A stretch of 63,568 nucleotides of DNA from NCBI GenBank assembly GCA_013152835.1, contig JAADFQ010000088.1, forward strand, positions 1 through 63,568. The letters run 5' to 3'. Each line of letters begins with the position of its first letter. Position 1 is the stretch's first letter. A program made the translations under genes and the position numbers. Below are positions 1-7,978 of the stretch, piece after piece. Under the pieces are notes generated by a model. It saw only the letters and a list, made by a program, of their open reading frames with translations, had not been told where the DNA came from and made no database searches. This DNA is from FCB group bacterium. GTDB lineage: Bacteria; Fidelibacterota; Marinisomatia; Marinisomatales; J089.

Positions 1-305
1 TGATTGGCGCAAACGCCGATTTAAGGGCCCTGGACAACGTTATCTGGCTGTTAGCGGCGGCGATCGTCTGGATCCTGATCCATATTGCGATCCAGTTTTT
101 TGTCCTGCGATTCATTAAAGCGCCCCTCTTTTTTCTGGCCGTCGGATCGCAAGCCAATATCGGGGGTGCCGCCTCAGCGCCGATTGTAGCGGCTGCATTT
201 CATCCCGCATTGGCCTCCGTGGGCGTCATGTTGGGTGTTGCCGGTTATGTGCTGGGAACCTATGCGGCATTAATCTGCGCTGCTCTCCTGCGTCTGATTG
301 TATGA
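1..305 (+). CDS. 3' end of a polytopic membrane protein (DUF819/YjcL-like), 5'-truncated by the window edge
   Basis: The frame is open from nt 3 to TGA 303-305. Translation reads ...FFLAVGSQANIGGAASAPIVAAAFHPALASVGVMLGVAGYVLGTYAALICAALLRLIV. It is strongly hydrophobic. The stop overlaps the next ATG (GTATGA). Confidence 0.6.
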   Translation, partial: IGANADLRALDNVIWLLAAAIVWILIHIAIQFFVLRFIKAPLFFLAVGSQANIGGAASAPIVAAAFHPALASVGVMLGVAGYVLGTYAALICAALLRLIV

Positions 306-2482
306 AGCACAATATGATCTTTGGAATGCTCTTGCTGACATTGGTTTTCGGTCAGTCCGATCGTTCACTAAAGTATTTTCTAACGGAAACCGATATCCTG
401 AGTGATCACAGCGTGCCCAAAATAGAGGTCCGGCACAAAGCCCACTGGGAAGGACGATTTGATGAACAGGGGAGACCGCTTAGCCTGGAATCCTATGACC
501 GGGATGACCAACTCATTCTACGTCGGAAATACCGTTATGATGATAATGGTAATCTGGAAACCCGTGACGAATATAATCGGGAAGATAAACTCACCTCCAG
601 GATGTCGATGGGTTTGGATGAGGATGCCCTCCGATTTGTCAAATATCTTTACGGTGTTGATCAGGTATTGTCATGGGGTGACCGTTTTACGATCCGCCGG
701 TATACCCTGGATGGTATTCCTTTCGAAACCACGTTTTATGAAGCCGATGGTATGCCATACGGAAAAATTGAAGATGTGCGCGATTCAGCGGGAAATACCC
801 GTTACACGATCTGGACACGGTTACCGGAACGGGAAGTCATTCGTCGGTGGGAATATATATATTCCTCCAACGGCGGCCACACCCTGAAACAATATGATCG
901 CTCCGGGAAATTGATCGAGTTCAAAACCTATAATTCCCAAGAACAACGTGTCATTATCCAGATTGCGCCACCCGATTCTAATCGTCGGTTAAACCGAATT
1001 GAGTTGTCCTATCGATTAAGCGATACTCTAAGAACTGCCGGGGCCGTCCTATCGGATTCATCAGGATTGATTTTGAATCGTTATCCGATAACCGGAAATG
1101 GTCTCTTGCCGGGTCAGCACCGAATTATTCTTGATGAAAACCCCGTTCTTGATGATGATAATATGTATTCAATACGAATGGAAGGGGAAACGCTTCATGA
1201 AGGAGACTGCCAACCCGATTCGGCACAGGGGTATCGTTTTGATACCCATCCACCAATTCTGCGATTGAAAATTGATTCCCTGGTTTCTGTGCCAACAATG
1301 ATGTTCACAACCAATGAACCATTGCAAGAGGCAACGGTAGTCTGGATGCCCGATTCAACCACTGTATTATCTCCGACACCGCGTTTGATACCGTTGACCA
1401 GGGCGGAATTACTAATGGGCGATTCAGCAGGATTCTTGCCCCAATTCGCGGAAAACCTGAATGAGGAGGGGACCTACCGGGTCTCCCTGTTGGCCCGGGA
1501 TTTCGCCGGAAATCTGGGCAAATCACCGGCAATTCAGACCATCAGGTTTGATCCGACACCGCCAGAAATAAGAATCGAAGCGCCCGAAAGTCAAGCCATT
1601 GCCAATAATCCTTTTCTCCGGTTTTCCACCAGTGAGGACTTGGCAGTATTAACGGCTTGGATAAGTACTACTTCAGGACGTTTTCGTTATGACCTGAGCG
1701 ATCAATCGACTGCCGGGAAGCATGTCTGGCGTATTCCCGAATCGATTATCGAAACAGTGGATAAAATTCAACGGATCGCATTGCTGGGAATGGACGTTGC
1801 CGGCAATAGTGCCGATACTGCATTGGTGCGAAATATTCGTTTTGATTTTGACATGCCTGTCCTGACGGTAATTTATCCCCAATCCCATTCATTTATTAAA
1901 GATGGCAATCTTTCGATTATTGCCAATGAAGCGCTGGAAATATTCAAGGTGAACTGGCAATCCATTTCCGATGATACGGTGGTGTTCAAGATAACCATTT
2001 CCAATGTAATGAACCGGCCGGGAGAAAAAACGCTGTTAGATCCTCCGATTGAGAGAAAATTAGTCTTGGGGAATTTTTATAATTTAGAGGTAATGGGGTT
2101 GGATTCAGCCGGCAATCCGTCAACCTGGGTGACAATCGACAGTTTGGAGTATGATCCGGTTTCACCAGAATTATTGATTACCCAACCAGAATACGGCGCG
2201 GAAATGGATACGCTAAAAGTTGCCTTTGAAATCAGTGAAGTCCTATCTGTAGGGTGGTTGTATTTGCAAAAATTAGAAGCGGCTGAATCAGACACGATGA
2301 TTTTCAGATTACCCGATTCCCTGTTGAGTACCGGACCCCACCTGTATTACCCGCTATTCCAGGCCGGTCGGGAGCAATTCGGTGAATACAAATTATGGCT
2401 GATCGGTGAGGATAAAGCCGGGAATGTGAGTGAAGCCGCGCGAGTGAATAAGATCCGGCTTTTGTCTTCAGATGTGCCGTAA
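302..2482 (+). CDS. secreted repeat protein: signal peptide, YD/RHS-like repeats, then 4-5 Ig-like modules each ending in a D-x-AGN motif
   Basis: N-terminal MIFGMLLLTLVFG looks like a signal peptide. YD-like repeats include RYDDNGNLETRDEY and KQYDRSGKLIEFKTY. Periodic motifs are ARDFAGNLGKS, GMDVAGNSADT, GLDSAGNPSTW and GEDKAGNVSEA, each followed by I-x-F/Y-D-x-x-x-P. Confidence 0.6.
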   Translation: MKHNMIFGMLLLTLVFGQSDRSLKYFLTETDILSDHSVPKIEVRHKAHWEGRFDEQGRPLSLESYDRDDQLILRRKYRYDDNGNLETRDEYNREDKLTSRMSMGLDEDALRFVKYLYGVDQVLSWGDRFTIRRYTLDGIPFETTFYEADGMPYGKIEDVRDSAGNTRYTIWTRLPEREVIRRWEYIYSSNGGHTLKQYDRSGKLIEFKTYNSQEQRVIIQIAPPDSNRRLNRIELSYRLSDTLRTAGAVLSDSSGLILNRYPITGNGLLPGQHRIILDENPVLDDDNMYSIRMEGETLHEGDCQPDSAQGYRFDTHPPILRLKIDSLVSVPTMMFTTNEPLQEATVVWMPDSTTVLSPTPRLIPLTRAELLMGDSAGFLPQFAENLNEEGTYRVSLLARDFAGNLGKSPAIQTIRFDPTPPEIRIEAPESQAIANNPFLRFSTSEDLAVLTAWISTTSGRFRYDLSDQSTAGKHVWRIPESIIETVDKIQRIALLGMDVAGNSADTALVRNIRFDFDMPVLTVIYPQSHSFIKDGNLSIIANEALEIFKVNWQSISDDTVVFKITISNVMNRPGEKTLLDPPIERKLVLGNFYNLEVMGLDSAGNPSTWVTIDSLEYDPVSPELLITQPEYGAEMDTLKVAFEISEVLSVGWLYLQKLEAAESDTMIFRLPDSLLSTGPHLYYPLFQAGREQFGEYKLWLIGEDKAGNVSEAARVNKIRLLSSDVP

Positions 2483-2529
2483 TATTGAAATTATTATTTC
2501 AGCGATTGGAGTTACTGAAGAGTGCGGTT

Positions 2530-2547
2530 AAATTTGCCGGCAAATTT
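2530..2547. repeat. perfect 18-nt palindrome AAATTTGCCGGCAAATTT just upstream of the SD of the next gene
   Basis: Read directly from the sequence. It lies 3 nt before GGAG at 2550 and 19 nt before ATG 2566. Confidence 0.8.
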
Positions 2548-2565
2548 TAGGAGAAAAAACAAACA

Positions 2566-2886
2566 ATGGCTAAAAAACAGGTCAGTTTTGCCGAAAAAGC
2601 CAGACGTGGCAAACATCATGAAGATTTAAAATTTGTCAAGTATGTGAAATCGGTACAATCGGAAAAAACAGGAAGTTGGCGGTTTAACGAATCCATGATC
2701 CGTCTGCGGGGCGGGGAATCTCTGGACGATGCGTTGAAACGGATGGATGTGGAAGCAAAAGCTCTCGATATTGAACTACCAACATTTAAAGAATCGGTAC
2801 CGGAACCGGAACCGGAGGTCGCTGATCCCCGGGAATCAGAAGTGGAGGCCACCGCTGCGGAAGAGACCGAACAGGCGGGACAATAA
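2566..2886 (+). CDS. small basic/acidic protein, DUF4295-like
   Basis: N-terminus MAKKQVSFAEKARRGK...VKYVKSVQSEKTGSWRFNESMI resembles the MAKK...VK.VKSPKTG.Y.F.E pattern I recall for DUF4295. It has an SD (GGAG) and an acidic C-terminal tail. Family assignment is from memory only. Confidence 0.45.
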   Translation: MAKKQVSFAEKARRGKHHEDLKFVKYVKSVQSEKTGSWRFNESMIRLRGGESLDDALKRMDVEAKALDIELPTFKESVPEPEPEVADPRESEVEATAAEETEQAGQ

Positions 2887-2964
2887 CGTTACAATTTTGG
2901 TTTAGGTAATAAATACGGGAAATGTATCAATCCCGTGTGTGACATATAAATAGATGAAAAGACT

Positions 2965-3051
2965 GGAGAGGTGGCCGAGCGGCTGAAGGCGCACGCTTGG
3001 AAAGCGTGTTTCCGTTCACGCGGAACGCGGGTTCGAATCCCGCCCTCTCCG
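2965..3051 (+). tRNA. tRNA-Ser (anticodon GGA), class II with long variable arm
   Basis: Acceptor GGAGAGG pairs with CCTCTCC. Anticodon stem is CACGC/GCGTG with loop TTGGAAA. T-loop is GGGTTCGAATCCC. Discriminator is G. No encoded CCA. Confidence 0.9.
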
Positions 3052-3094
3052 CACGAACCCGGTTTGGAATACATTCATATTGATTATATCCAAA

Positions 3095-3181
3095 GGAGGG
3101 GTGGCAGAGCGGCTGAATGCGATGGTCTTGAAAACCATTGACGTCTTACGGCGTCCGGGGGTTCAAATCCCTCCCCCTCCG
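3095..3181 (+). tRNA. tRNA-Ser (anticodon UGA), class II with long variable arm
   Basis: Acceptor GGAGGGG pairs with CCCCTCC. Anticodon stem is ATGGT/ACCAT with loop CTTGAAA. T-loop is GGGTTCAAATCCC. Confidence 0.9.
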
Positions 3182-3473
3182 CTCTTTATTCGCTTCGCTC
3201 ACTTCGAATGGAAGATTGCTGACCTCATAAAAGTTAATTTGTTTTTATTCGGCAAACCCACAAAAGAGCATTATTCTTTCTGTAGAATAGATTGCGATAG
3301 GCTTTAAGTAAGGTACTCTCAATTCTGGCTAGTAATATTTATAGATTCTAACAATATATCTGAAGGGATGAATTATTTCGGTGCAGAACTCCTGTATAAA
3401 CGCAATCCGCTATGCATTGATAATATATGGAACTTATTGATTTCACTACCGGAAAAAAGTTTTTAAAAAGTAT

Positions 3474-3500
3474 TAAAGGTTTCCCATCAATGACCGATAA
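3474..3500 (+). promoter_or_regulatory. sigma28 (FliA)-type promoter for flagellin
   Basis: TAAAGGTT-N11-ACCGATAA compared with the consensus TAAAGTTT-N11-GCCGATAA gives 7/8 and 7/8 with exact spacing. It lies about 114 nt upstream of the flagellin ATG. Confidence 0.75.
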
Positions 3501-3568
3501 TAAGGGTGAAGACGGAAATACTGTCTGGTTCTTTGAAGCGAACATCGATAAAAGAACAAAAATCATTG

Positions 3569-3613
3569 GGTGAAATGGATGTCACCAAATTAAAATAAAA
3601 CACGGAGGTTACA
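3569..3613 (+). promoter_or_regulatory. two CsrA-type GGA sites in the flagellin 5' leader
   Basis: Site 1 is a hairpin GGTGA(3569-3573)/TCACC(3582-3586) with loop AAUGGAUG, where GGAUGU matches the SELEX core. Site 2 is AAACACGGAGGU (3598-3609), which overlaps the SD GGAGG. Confidence 0.55.
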
Positions 3614-4435
3614 ATGGGAGATCTAACACGAATTGCTGCGAATATTCGCGCCATGCAATCCTTAAATTCCCTCACCAATATCAATAAACAAATCGGCATT
3701 CATCAGATGCGTTTAGCAACGGGTAAACGGATTACAAGTGTTGGCGAAGATCCGGCAGGATACCAATTAGCTAAAAGTCTTGAATCCCGCGGTCGTGGTT
3801 TGAAAATTGCCCTTAGCAATGTTAGCAACGCGAAAAATGTGCTTTCCGTTGCCGAAGGCGGTTACCAGAGCATCATGGACCTGCTCCAGACAATTAAAGA
3901 GAAAGCCACGCAAGCATCCGATTATTCACTGTCAGCTGCTCAGCGTACGGCACTGAATAGTCAGGTCAGCGCCCTGGTTACGGAAATTGATGACATTGTC
4001 AGCACGACCAAGTTCAATGGTAGCAAGTTGATCGATGGAACCTATACCGGTGCTTTCCACACAGGCGACGGTGCCTCGGATACTTTGTCCGTATCCCTGG
4101 GCGATTCGGACTCGGCAGCCCTTTCGGTGAATTCGCTTAGTCTTACCACGGTTGCCAGCGCCGCTGCGGCGATTACATCAGTGGACAGTGCAATTACAAC
4201 CTTGTCCACCAAAATGCAGGGTGTAGGGCAATACCAGAGTCGCCTGAATTCCAAAGAAGGTACTCTGGGTTCGGCCATTTCCAATACCGAAGCCGTACGA
4301 AGCTCCATTGAAGATGCGGACTTCGCGGAAGAACAGATGAACGTGCTGAAATTGCAAATCCTTCAGCAAACAGCCTTCTCATCGTTCACGCAGGCGAATG
4401 CTGCGCCACAAACCGTACTCTCCTTGTTCCGTTAG
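3614..4435 (+). CDS. fliC: flagellin (short, 273 aa)
   Basis: N-terminal LTRIAANIRAMQSLNSL...GKRITSVGEDPAGYQLA and C-terminal LKLQILQQTAFSSFTQANAAPQTVLSLFR are conserved flagellin D0/D1 segments. There is no large variable insert. Confidence 0.95.
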   Translation: MGDLTRIAANIRAMQSLNSLTNINKQIGIHQMRLATGKRITSVGEDPAGYQLAKSLESRGRGLKIALSNVSNAKNVLSVAEGGYQSIMDLLQTIKEKATQASDYSLSAAQRTALNSQVSALVTEIDDIVSTTKFNGSKLIDGTYTGAFHTGDGASDTLSVSLGDSDSAALSVNSLSLTTVASAAAAITSVDSAITTLSTKMQGVGQYQSRLNSKEGTLGSAISNTEAVRSSIEDADFAEEQMNVLKLQILQQTAFSSFTQANAAPQTVLSLFR

Positions 4436-4456
4436 ACAAAGAGCCGGTAAATCAGG

Positions 4457-4492
4457 AATGGAGGTGGGATATTTTTTCCCACCTCCATTTTT
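4457..4492 (+). terminator. rho-independent terminator after flagellin
   Basis: A 13-bp stem AATGGAGGTGGGA/TCCCACCTCCATT with a T-rich loop, followed by a T-tract. Confidence 0.85.
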
Positions 4493-4535
4493 ATATTACG
4501 CGACAAATACTCGTGTCCAGTGGTTGAACCTATGT

Positions 4536-4551
4536 TGGCACGAATTTTGAA
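4536..4551 (+). promoter_or_regulatory. weak sigma54-like element TGGCAC-N5-TTGAA upstream of fliS
   Basis: The -24 box is perfect, but the -12 box is TTGA instead of TTGC. The predicted start (~4562) would fall inside the fliS SD (AGGAG 4559-4563), which argues against it. Confidence 0.3.
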
Positions 4552-4572
4552 CGAAAATAGGAGAATGACCAG

Positions 4573-4899
4573 ATGCAATACACCCCCATGGATTCTGCCG
4601 CAACGATAAAAGATCCCTACGTAATCCAGAAAGTGAAATCAGCTTCTCCTGAACAACTGATTGTTTACGTCTATGATGTAGCCATTAAAGCCTGCTTGCA
4701 AAAGAATCAATCGCTGGCTCTTGAAGCTGTCCAAGAATTAGTTAATGCTCTTAATTATGAACATAAAGAATTAGCCCATACTTTTTATACAACCTATGAA
4801 ATCATTCAGTCGGAAATACGTCAGCAAAATTTATCGGCAGCATCAATCCATTTAAAAGACTTACGGGAAACCTGGAAAAAGGCCTTTAAGCTGGGATAG
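4573..4899 (+). CDS. fliS: flagellin-specific chaperone FliS
   Basis: 108 aa with a helical FliS-like sequence (SPEQLIVYVYDVAIKAC...NALNYEH...IHLKDLRETWKKA). It has an SD and sits next to fliD. Confidence 0.85.
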   Translation: MQYTPMDSAATIKDPYVIQKVKSASPEQLIVYVYDVAIKACLQKNQSLALEAVQELVNALNYEHKELAHTFYTTYEIIQSEIRQQNLSAASIHLKDLRETWKKAFKLG

Positions 4900-4901
4900 T
4901 C

Positions 4902-6383
4902 ATGGCAATTGATATTACATCCGCGTTCTCCAATACTTCTTCCATTGATTACTTGGTGGAACAGTTTATGCGGGTCGAACGAAAGCCGCGGGATAACCTA
5001 CAACTCCAGCGCAACTCACTGGATGATAAAAGTTCCATTTTTACCAGTTTGGATTCGAAACTTACAGCGCTTCAGAGCCAGGCGGAACGATTTACCGATT
5101 CCATAACTGATTATTTTGCCGTAAAAAAAGCAACTTCCAGCAATACGGATAATTTAACCGTTTCGGCCAGCTCTACAGCCGATCTGGGCAATCATTCCAT
5201 TACGGTCACCCAACTGGCTTCTTCGGATACTCGTGTATCGCAACAGTATACGGACTCCAGTTCCAGCTTTACGGGGTTTACTGCAGATCAAACCTTTTCT
5301 ATCGGAATAGCGCATCCCACGGATGCAGATGCCAATAACCGGGTATCGGTATCCATAACGGTCACGGCGTCCACTTTTTCACAAACAGACGATTCTGTGT
5401 TATCCGATATCGCAGATGCAATCAATTCAGCCATGGCCAGTGCCGTGACAGCCGATACTATTGAAAGCGATGAAGTGGTGCATGCATCGGTGGTGAACGA
5501 GGAAAGCGGTAAATCGCGTCTAGTGTTACGCAGCGAAAACTCGGGGTATACATACCGGATGGATTTTACCGATTCTGCCGATAGTCTGTTATCAACCTTG
5601 CAAGTTAGCAGCGCCAGTCAGTCTTCCGGTACATCCGGGGGATACATTACAGCGGTGGGAACCAGTGCCAGTAATAGTTCTTTAAACGCCAATTTTGTTA
5701 TGGATGGGCTTTCATTTTACCGGGACAGCAACAACTTAACCGATGCGTTGTCCGGAGTGACTATAAAACTCCTCAGTACCTTTGCCTCGGCTGAAACGAT
5801 TACAATTTCCGCCGATACGGAAACGGTGAAATCGGATATCCAGACTTTTATGGATAATTATAATGAGGTCATTGATTATTTACGAGAAAAGACCATGACT
5901 AATTCCGATACGTATGAACGGGGTCCACTGGCAAACGATTTAACCTACAAGAATATTATTAATACCCTCAGGGGTTATATTGTCGATTCGGTATCGACCG
6001 TTGGAAATAGTGATTATTCCAAATTATTTAATATCGGGATTGAAGCCGACGATTATGGGAAACTAAGTTGGGAAGATGCTACCAAATTAACAACGGCGAT
6101 TGAAGCCAACTCCACGTTTGTATCGGATATTTTTAATACTTCCGATGGCGTAGCTACAAAAATAATCGATTATCTTGATAATTTTACCAAAGTGGACGGT
6201 ACTATTGACCAGTCGAAGTCCAACCTGGATTCACAGGGAACCTATCTGGATGACAGACTGGCGGTCTGGGATACGTTATTGATAAAAAAAGAAAATACAT
6301 TACGGGATGAATTTTCGAAACTTCAGGAAGTTATGATTAAACTCAACAACCAACAGAATCTGCTTACGCAGGTATTCTCCTAA
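4902..6383 (+). CDS. fliD: flagellar filament cap protein FliD (HAP2)
   Basis: N-terminal IDYLVEQFMRVERKPRDNLQLQRNSLDDKSSIFTSLDSKL and C-terminal coiled-coil LRDEFSKLQEVMIKLNNQQNLL are typical of FliD. Confidence 0.9.
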   Translation: MAIDITSAFSNTSSIDYLVEQFMRVERKPRDNLQLQRNSLDDKSSIFTSLDSKLTALQSQAERFTDSITDYFAVKKATSSNTDNLTVSASSTADLGNHSITVTQLASSDTRVSQQYTDSSSSFTGFTADQTFSIGIAHPTDADANNRVSVSITVTASTFSQTDDSVLSDIADAINSAMASAVTADTIESDEVVHASVVNEESGKSRLVLRSENSGYTYRMDFTDSADSLLSTLQVSSASQSSGTSGGYITAVGTSASNSSLNANFVMDGLSFYRDSNNLTDALSGVTIKLLSTFASAETITISADTETVKSDIQTFMDNYNEVIDYLREKTMTNSDTYERGPLANDLTYKNIINTLRGYIVDSVSTVGNSDYSKLFNIGIEADDYGKLSWEDATKLTTAIEANSTFVSDIFNTSDGVATKIIDYLDNFTKVDGTIDQSKSNLDSQGTYLDDRLAVWDTLLIKKENTLRDEFSKLQEVMIKLNNQQNLLTQVFS

Positions 6384-6398
6384 CAGGAGGAGGTCGTT

Positions 6399-6767
6399 AT
6401 GGATGCAATACAGGATATTAGTCCTGCCTCGTCAGCCACCCAAAGTGAACCGGTTGCGGCGCCATCTCCAATAAATATTCCCACGGGAAAAGTGGCTCCG
6501 GCAGAAGAAAAAAAGCAATCCTCCGGTCAGAGTGAGGAAAGACCCAAAGTCGATGTGAAAAAAATTGTGAAGGCTTACAATAGTTTTGTTAAAAATATCG
6601 GAACCAAGTTATCTTTCGTTCAGGATGATGCCAGCGGTAGAGTAGTGATTCTTGTTAAAGACCAGGACTCGGGGAAAGTCATACGCCAAATACCATCCAA
6701 GGAAATGTTGGAGTTATTGGCGAAAATGAAAAACTTAGAAGGTATGATCTTCAATAAAGAAGGCTGA
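6399..6767 (+). CDS. flaG: FlaG family flagellar protein
   Basis: C-terminal KLSFVQDDASGRVVILVKDQDSGKVIRQIPSKEMLEL matches the FlaG core. Confidence 0.85.
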   Translation: MDAIQDISPASSATQSEPVAAPSPINIPTGKVAPAEEKKQSSGQSEERPKVDVKKIVKAYNSFVKNIGTKLSFVQDDASGRVVILVKDQDSGKVIRQIPSKEMLELLAKMKNLEGMIFNKEG

Positions 6768-6770
6768 TTC

Positions 6771-7190
6771 TTGTCACTATACCCACAGAAATTGACACAA
6801 TTACTCCTCCAGGAAAGAGAATATTTCCGCACAATTCTGGAAGAAACCGAATCCGTGTACCGGGGTCTTGATTCTGTGACAACGGATACACTGTTGGAAT
6901 TATTTAAAAAGCGAGAGGGATGGATTCAGAAGATAAAAATTTTGGAAAAGGTTCGTAATCAACACAGCGGAAAATTGGATAAATCGCAAATCAAGCTACG
7001 GCAGGAGGTCATGGAATTAAGTAAAGCGATTATTTCCATCGATGCCAAATTAAAAGATATAATTCATCGAAAAAAAATGGAAAATATTCAAGAATTAAGT
7101 CGTTTAGCCGATATAAAGAATAGGAATATGAATGAACAGGTATTTCACAAATTAAAGAAGGCCAGGTATATTGATATTCACCAGGAATAA
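6771..7190 (+). CDS. putative flagellar export chaperone (FlgN/FliT-like helical protein)
   Basis: 139 aa with a TTG start. Heptad-rich helical sequence LTQLLLQEREYFRTILEE...LLELFKKREGWIQKIKILEK. Positioned between flaG and flgM. Assignment rests on context and pattern only. Confidence 0.35.
   Translation: MSLYPQKLTQLLLQEREYFRTILEETESVYRGLDSVTTDTLLELFKKREGWIQKIKILEKVRNQHSGKLDKSQIKLRQEVMELSKAIISIDAKLKDIIHRKKMENIQELSRLADIKNRNMNEQVFHKLKKARYIDIHQE
7088..7114 (+). promoter_or_regulatory. candidate internal sigma28 promoter for flgM
   Basis: TCAAGAAT-N11-GCCGATAT. The -10 box is 8/8 against the Bacillus-type consensus GCCGATAT and the -35 box is 5/8. It lies 80 nt upstream of the flgM ATG. Confidence 0.35.
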
Positions 7191-7193
7191 TGC

Positions 7194-7670
7194 ATGACAC
7201 CGATCAGGGACATATCTAATCTCCAACCGGAGATAAAAAAGCTTGAACAAAAACAAAGTTCAAAGATTATCCGCAGGGAAACTTCCCAGACAGCGAAATC
7301 GGATTCGGCAAAATCTTCCGCACCAATACAGGATAAAGTGTCCATTTCCCAAGCCGGGAAATCTCTGCTTGTACAACAAAAGACTCTCGACTCGTATTTA
7401 CAAGAATTGGAACAGATTAGAACTCTTTCTGATGAAAGAAGAACTCAGATCAAAGAAAAGATTCGTAATGGCGATTATGACCGTACAGATGTATTCAAAT
7501 TTGTTTCCAATGCGCTTATCCATCGATCTGACTTTTCGTCCATAAAGCACAGTACTCCCTCCGGTAAAGATTTGGAACAGATCACCGGTAAATCCGATTC
7601 CGGATTCTATAACTCTGATGAAGTGATCGATAAATTGACTGACCGGCTATTGGATTCCGGTGACCTGTAG
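7194..7670 (+). CDS. flgM: anti-sigma28 factor FlgM (extended)
   Basis: DKVSISQAGKSLL...RRTQIKEKIRNGDYDRTDVFKFVSNALI matches the FlgM sigma28-binding region (V.LS... / IK.AI.NG.Y). Confidence 0.75.
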   Translation: MTPIRDISNLQPEIKKLEQKQSSKIIRRETSQTAKSDSAKSSAPIQDKVSISQAGKSLLVQQKTLDSYLQELEQIRTLSDERRTQIKEKIRNGDYDRTDVFKFVSNALIHRSDFSSIKHSTPSGKDLEQITGKSDSGFYNSDEVIDKLTDRLLDSGDL

Positions 7671-7707
7671 GTGAATATGGAAATTTTTTTATTCAATAAA
7701 CTGCAAA

Positions 7708-7959
7708 TTGTTGCAAATGAGTGCGTTTGTTGCAATGGAAAATAAAGAAATCCTGAACCTGGTTGAAGCTTGCCGGCTCTTGCAGATCCGTAAGCGTACC
7801 ATGTATCAACTCCTTAAAGATCGAAAAATCCCCGGGATTAAGATCGGAGGTCAATGGCGATTCAGAAAACAGGATATCTTCAGCCTGTTTTCATCAGCAG
7901 ATATATCAGCAGATATAACGGAAGAAGACCCTTTGGGGAAACAGATGGATCAGAACTAA
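7708..7959 (+). CDS. excisionase-family (MerR-superfamily) helix-turn-helix DNA-binding protein; true start probably ATG 7717 or 7735
   Basis: LNLVEACRLLQIRKRTMYQLLKDRKIPGIKIGGQWRFRKQDI is the classic excisionase-type HTH plus wing. Confidence 0.75.
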   Translation: MLQMSAFVAMENKEILNLVEACRLLQIRKRTMYQLLKDRKIPGIKIGGQWRFRKQDIFSLFSSADISADITEEDPLGKQMDQN

Positions 7960-7978
7960 ATTCCGGGCCAATTTATAT

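Noticed and set aside
3080-3307. 75-aa ORF downstream of the first tRNA
   Set aside because: It runs straight through the tRNA-Ser(UGA) gene (3095-3181). The translation is a read-through of tRNA sequence.
3182-3473. AT-rich spacer after the tRNAs as an integrated-element remnant or a c-di-GMP riboswitch. It includes a 32-aa ORF at 3367-3465
   Set aside because: There is no integrase fragment, no repeat of a tRNA 3' end, and no recognisable GEMM-type conserved core. The short ORF lacks a spaced SD.
4467-4479. GGATAT-T-TTTTCC as a sixth copy of the UAS-like inverted repeat, upstream of the fliS sigma54-like box
   Set aside because: It lies in the loop and stem of the flagellin terminator hairpin, whose own symmetry explains the palindrome. 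The associated sigma54-like box is itself doubtful.
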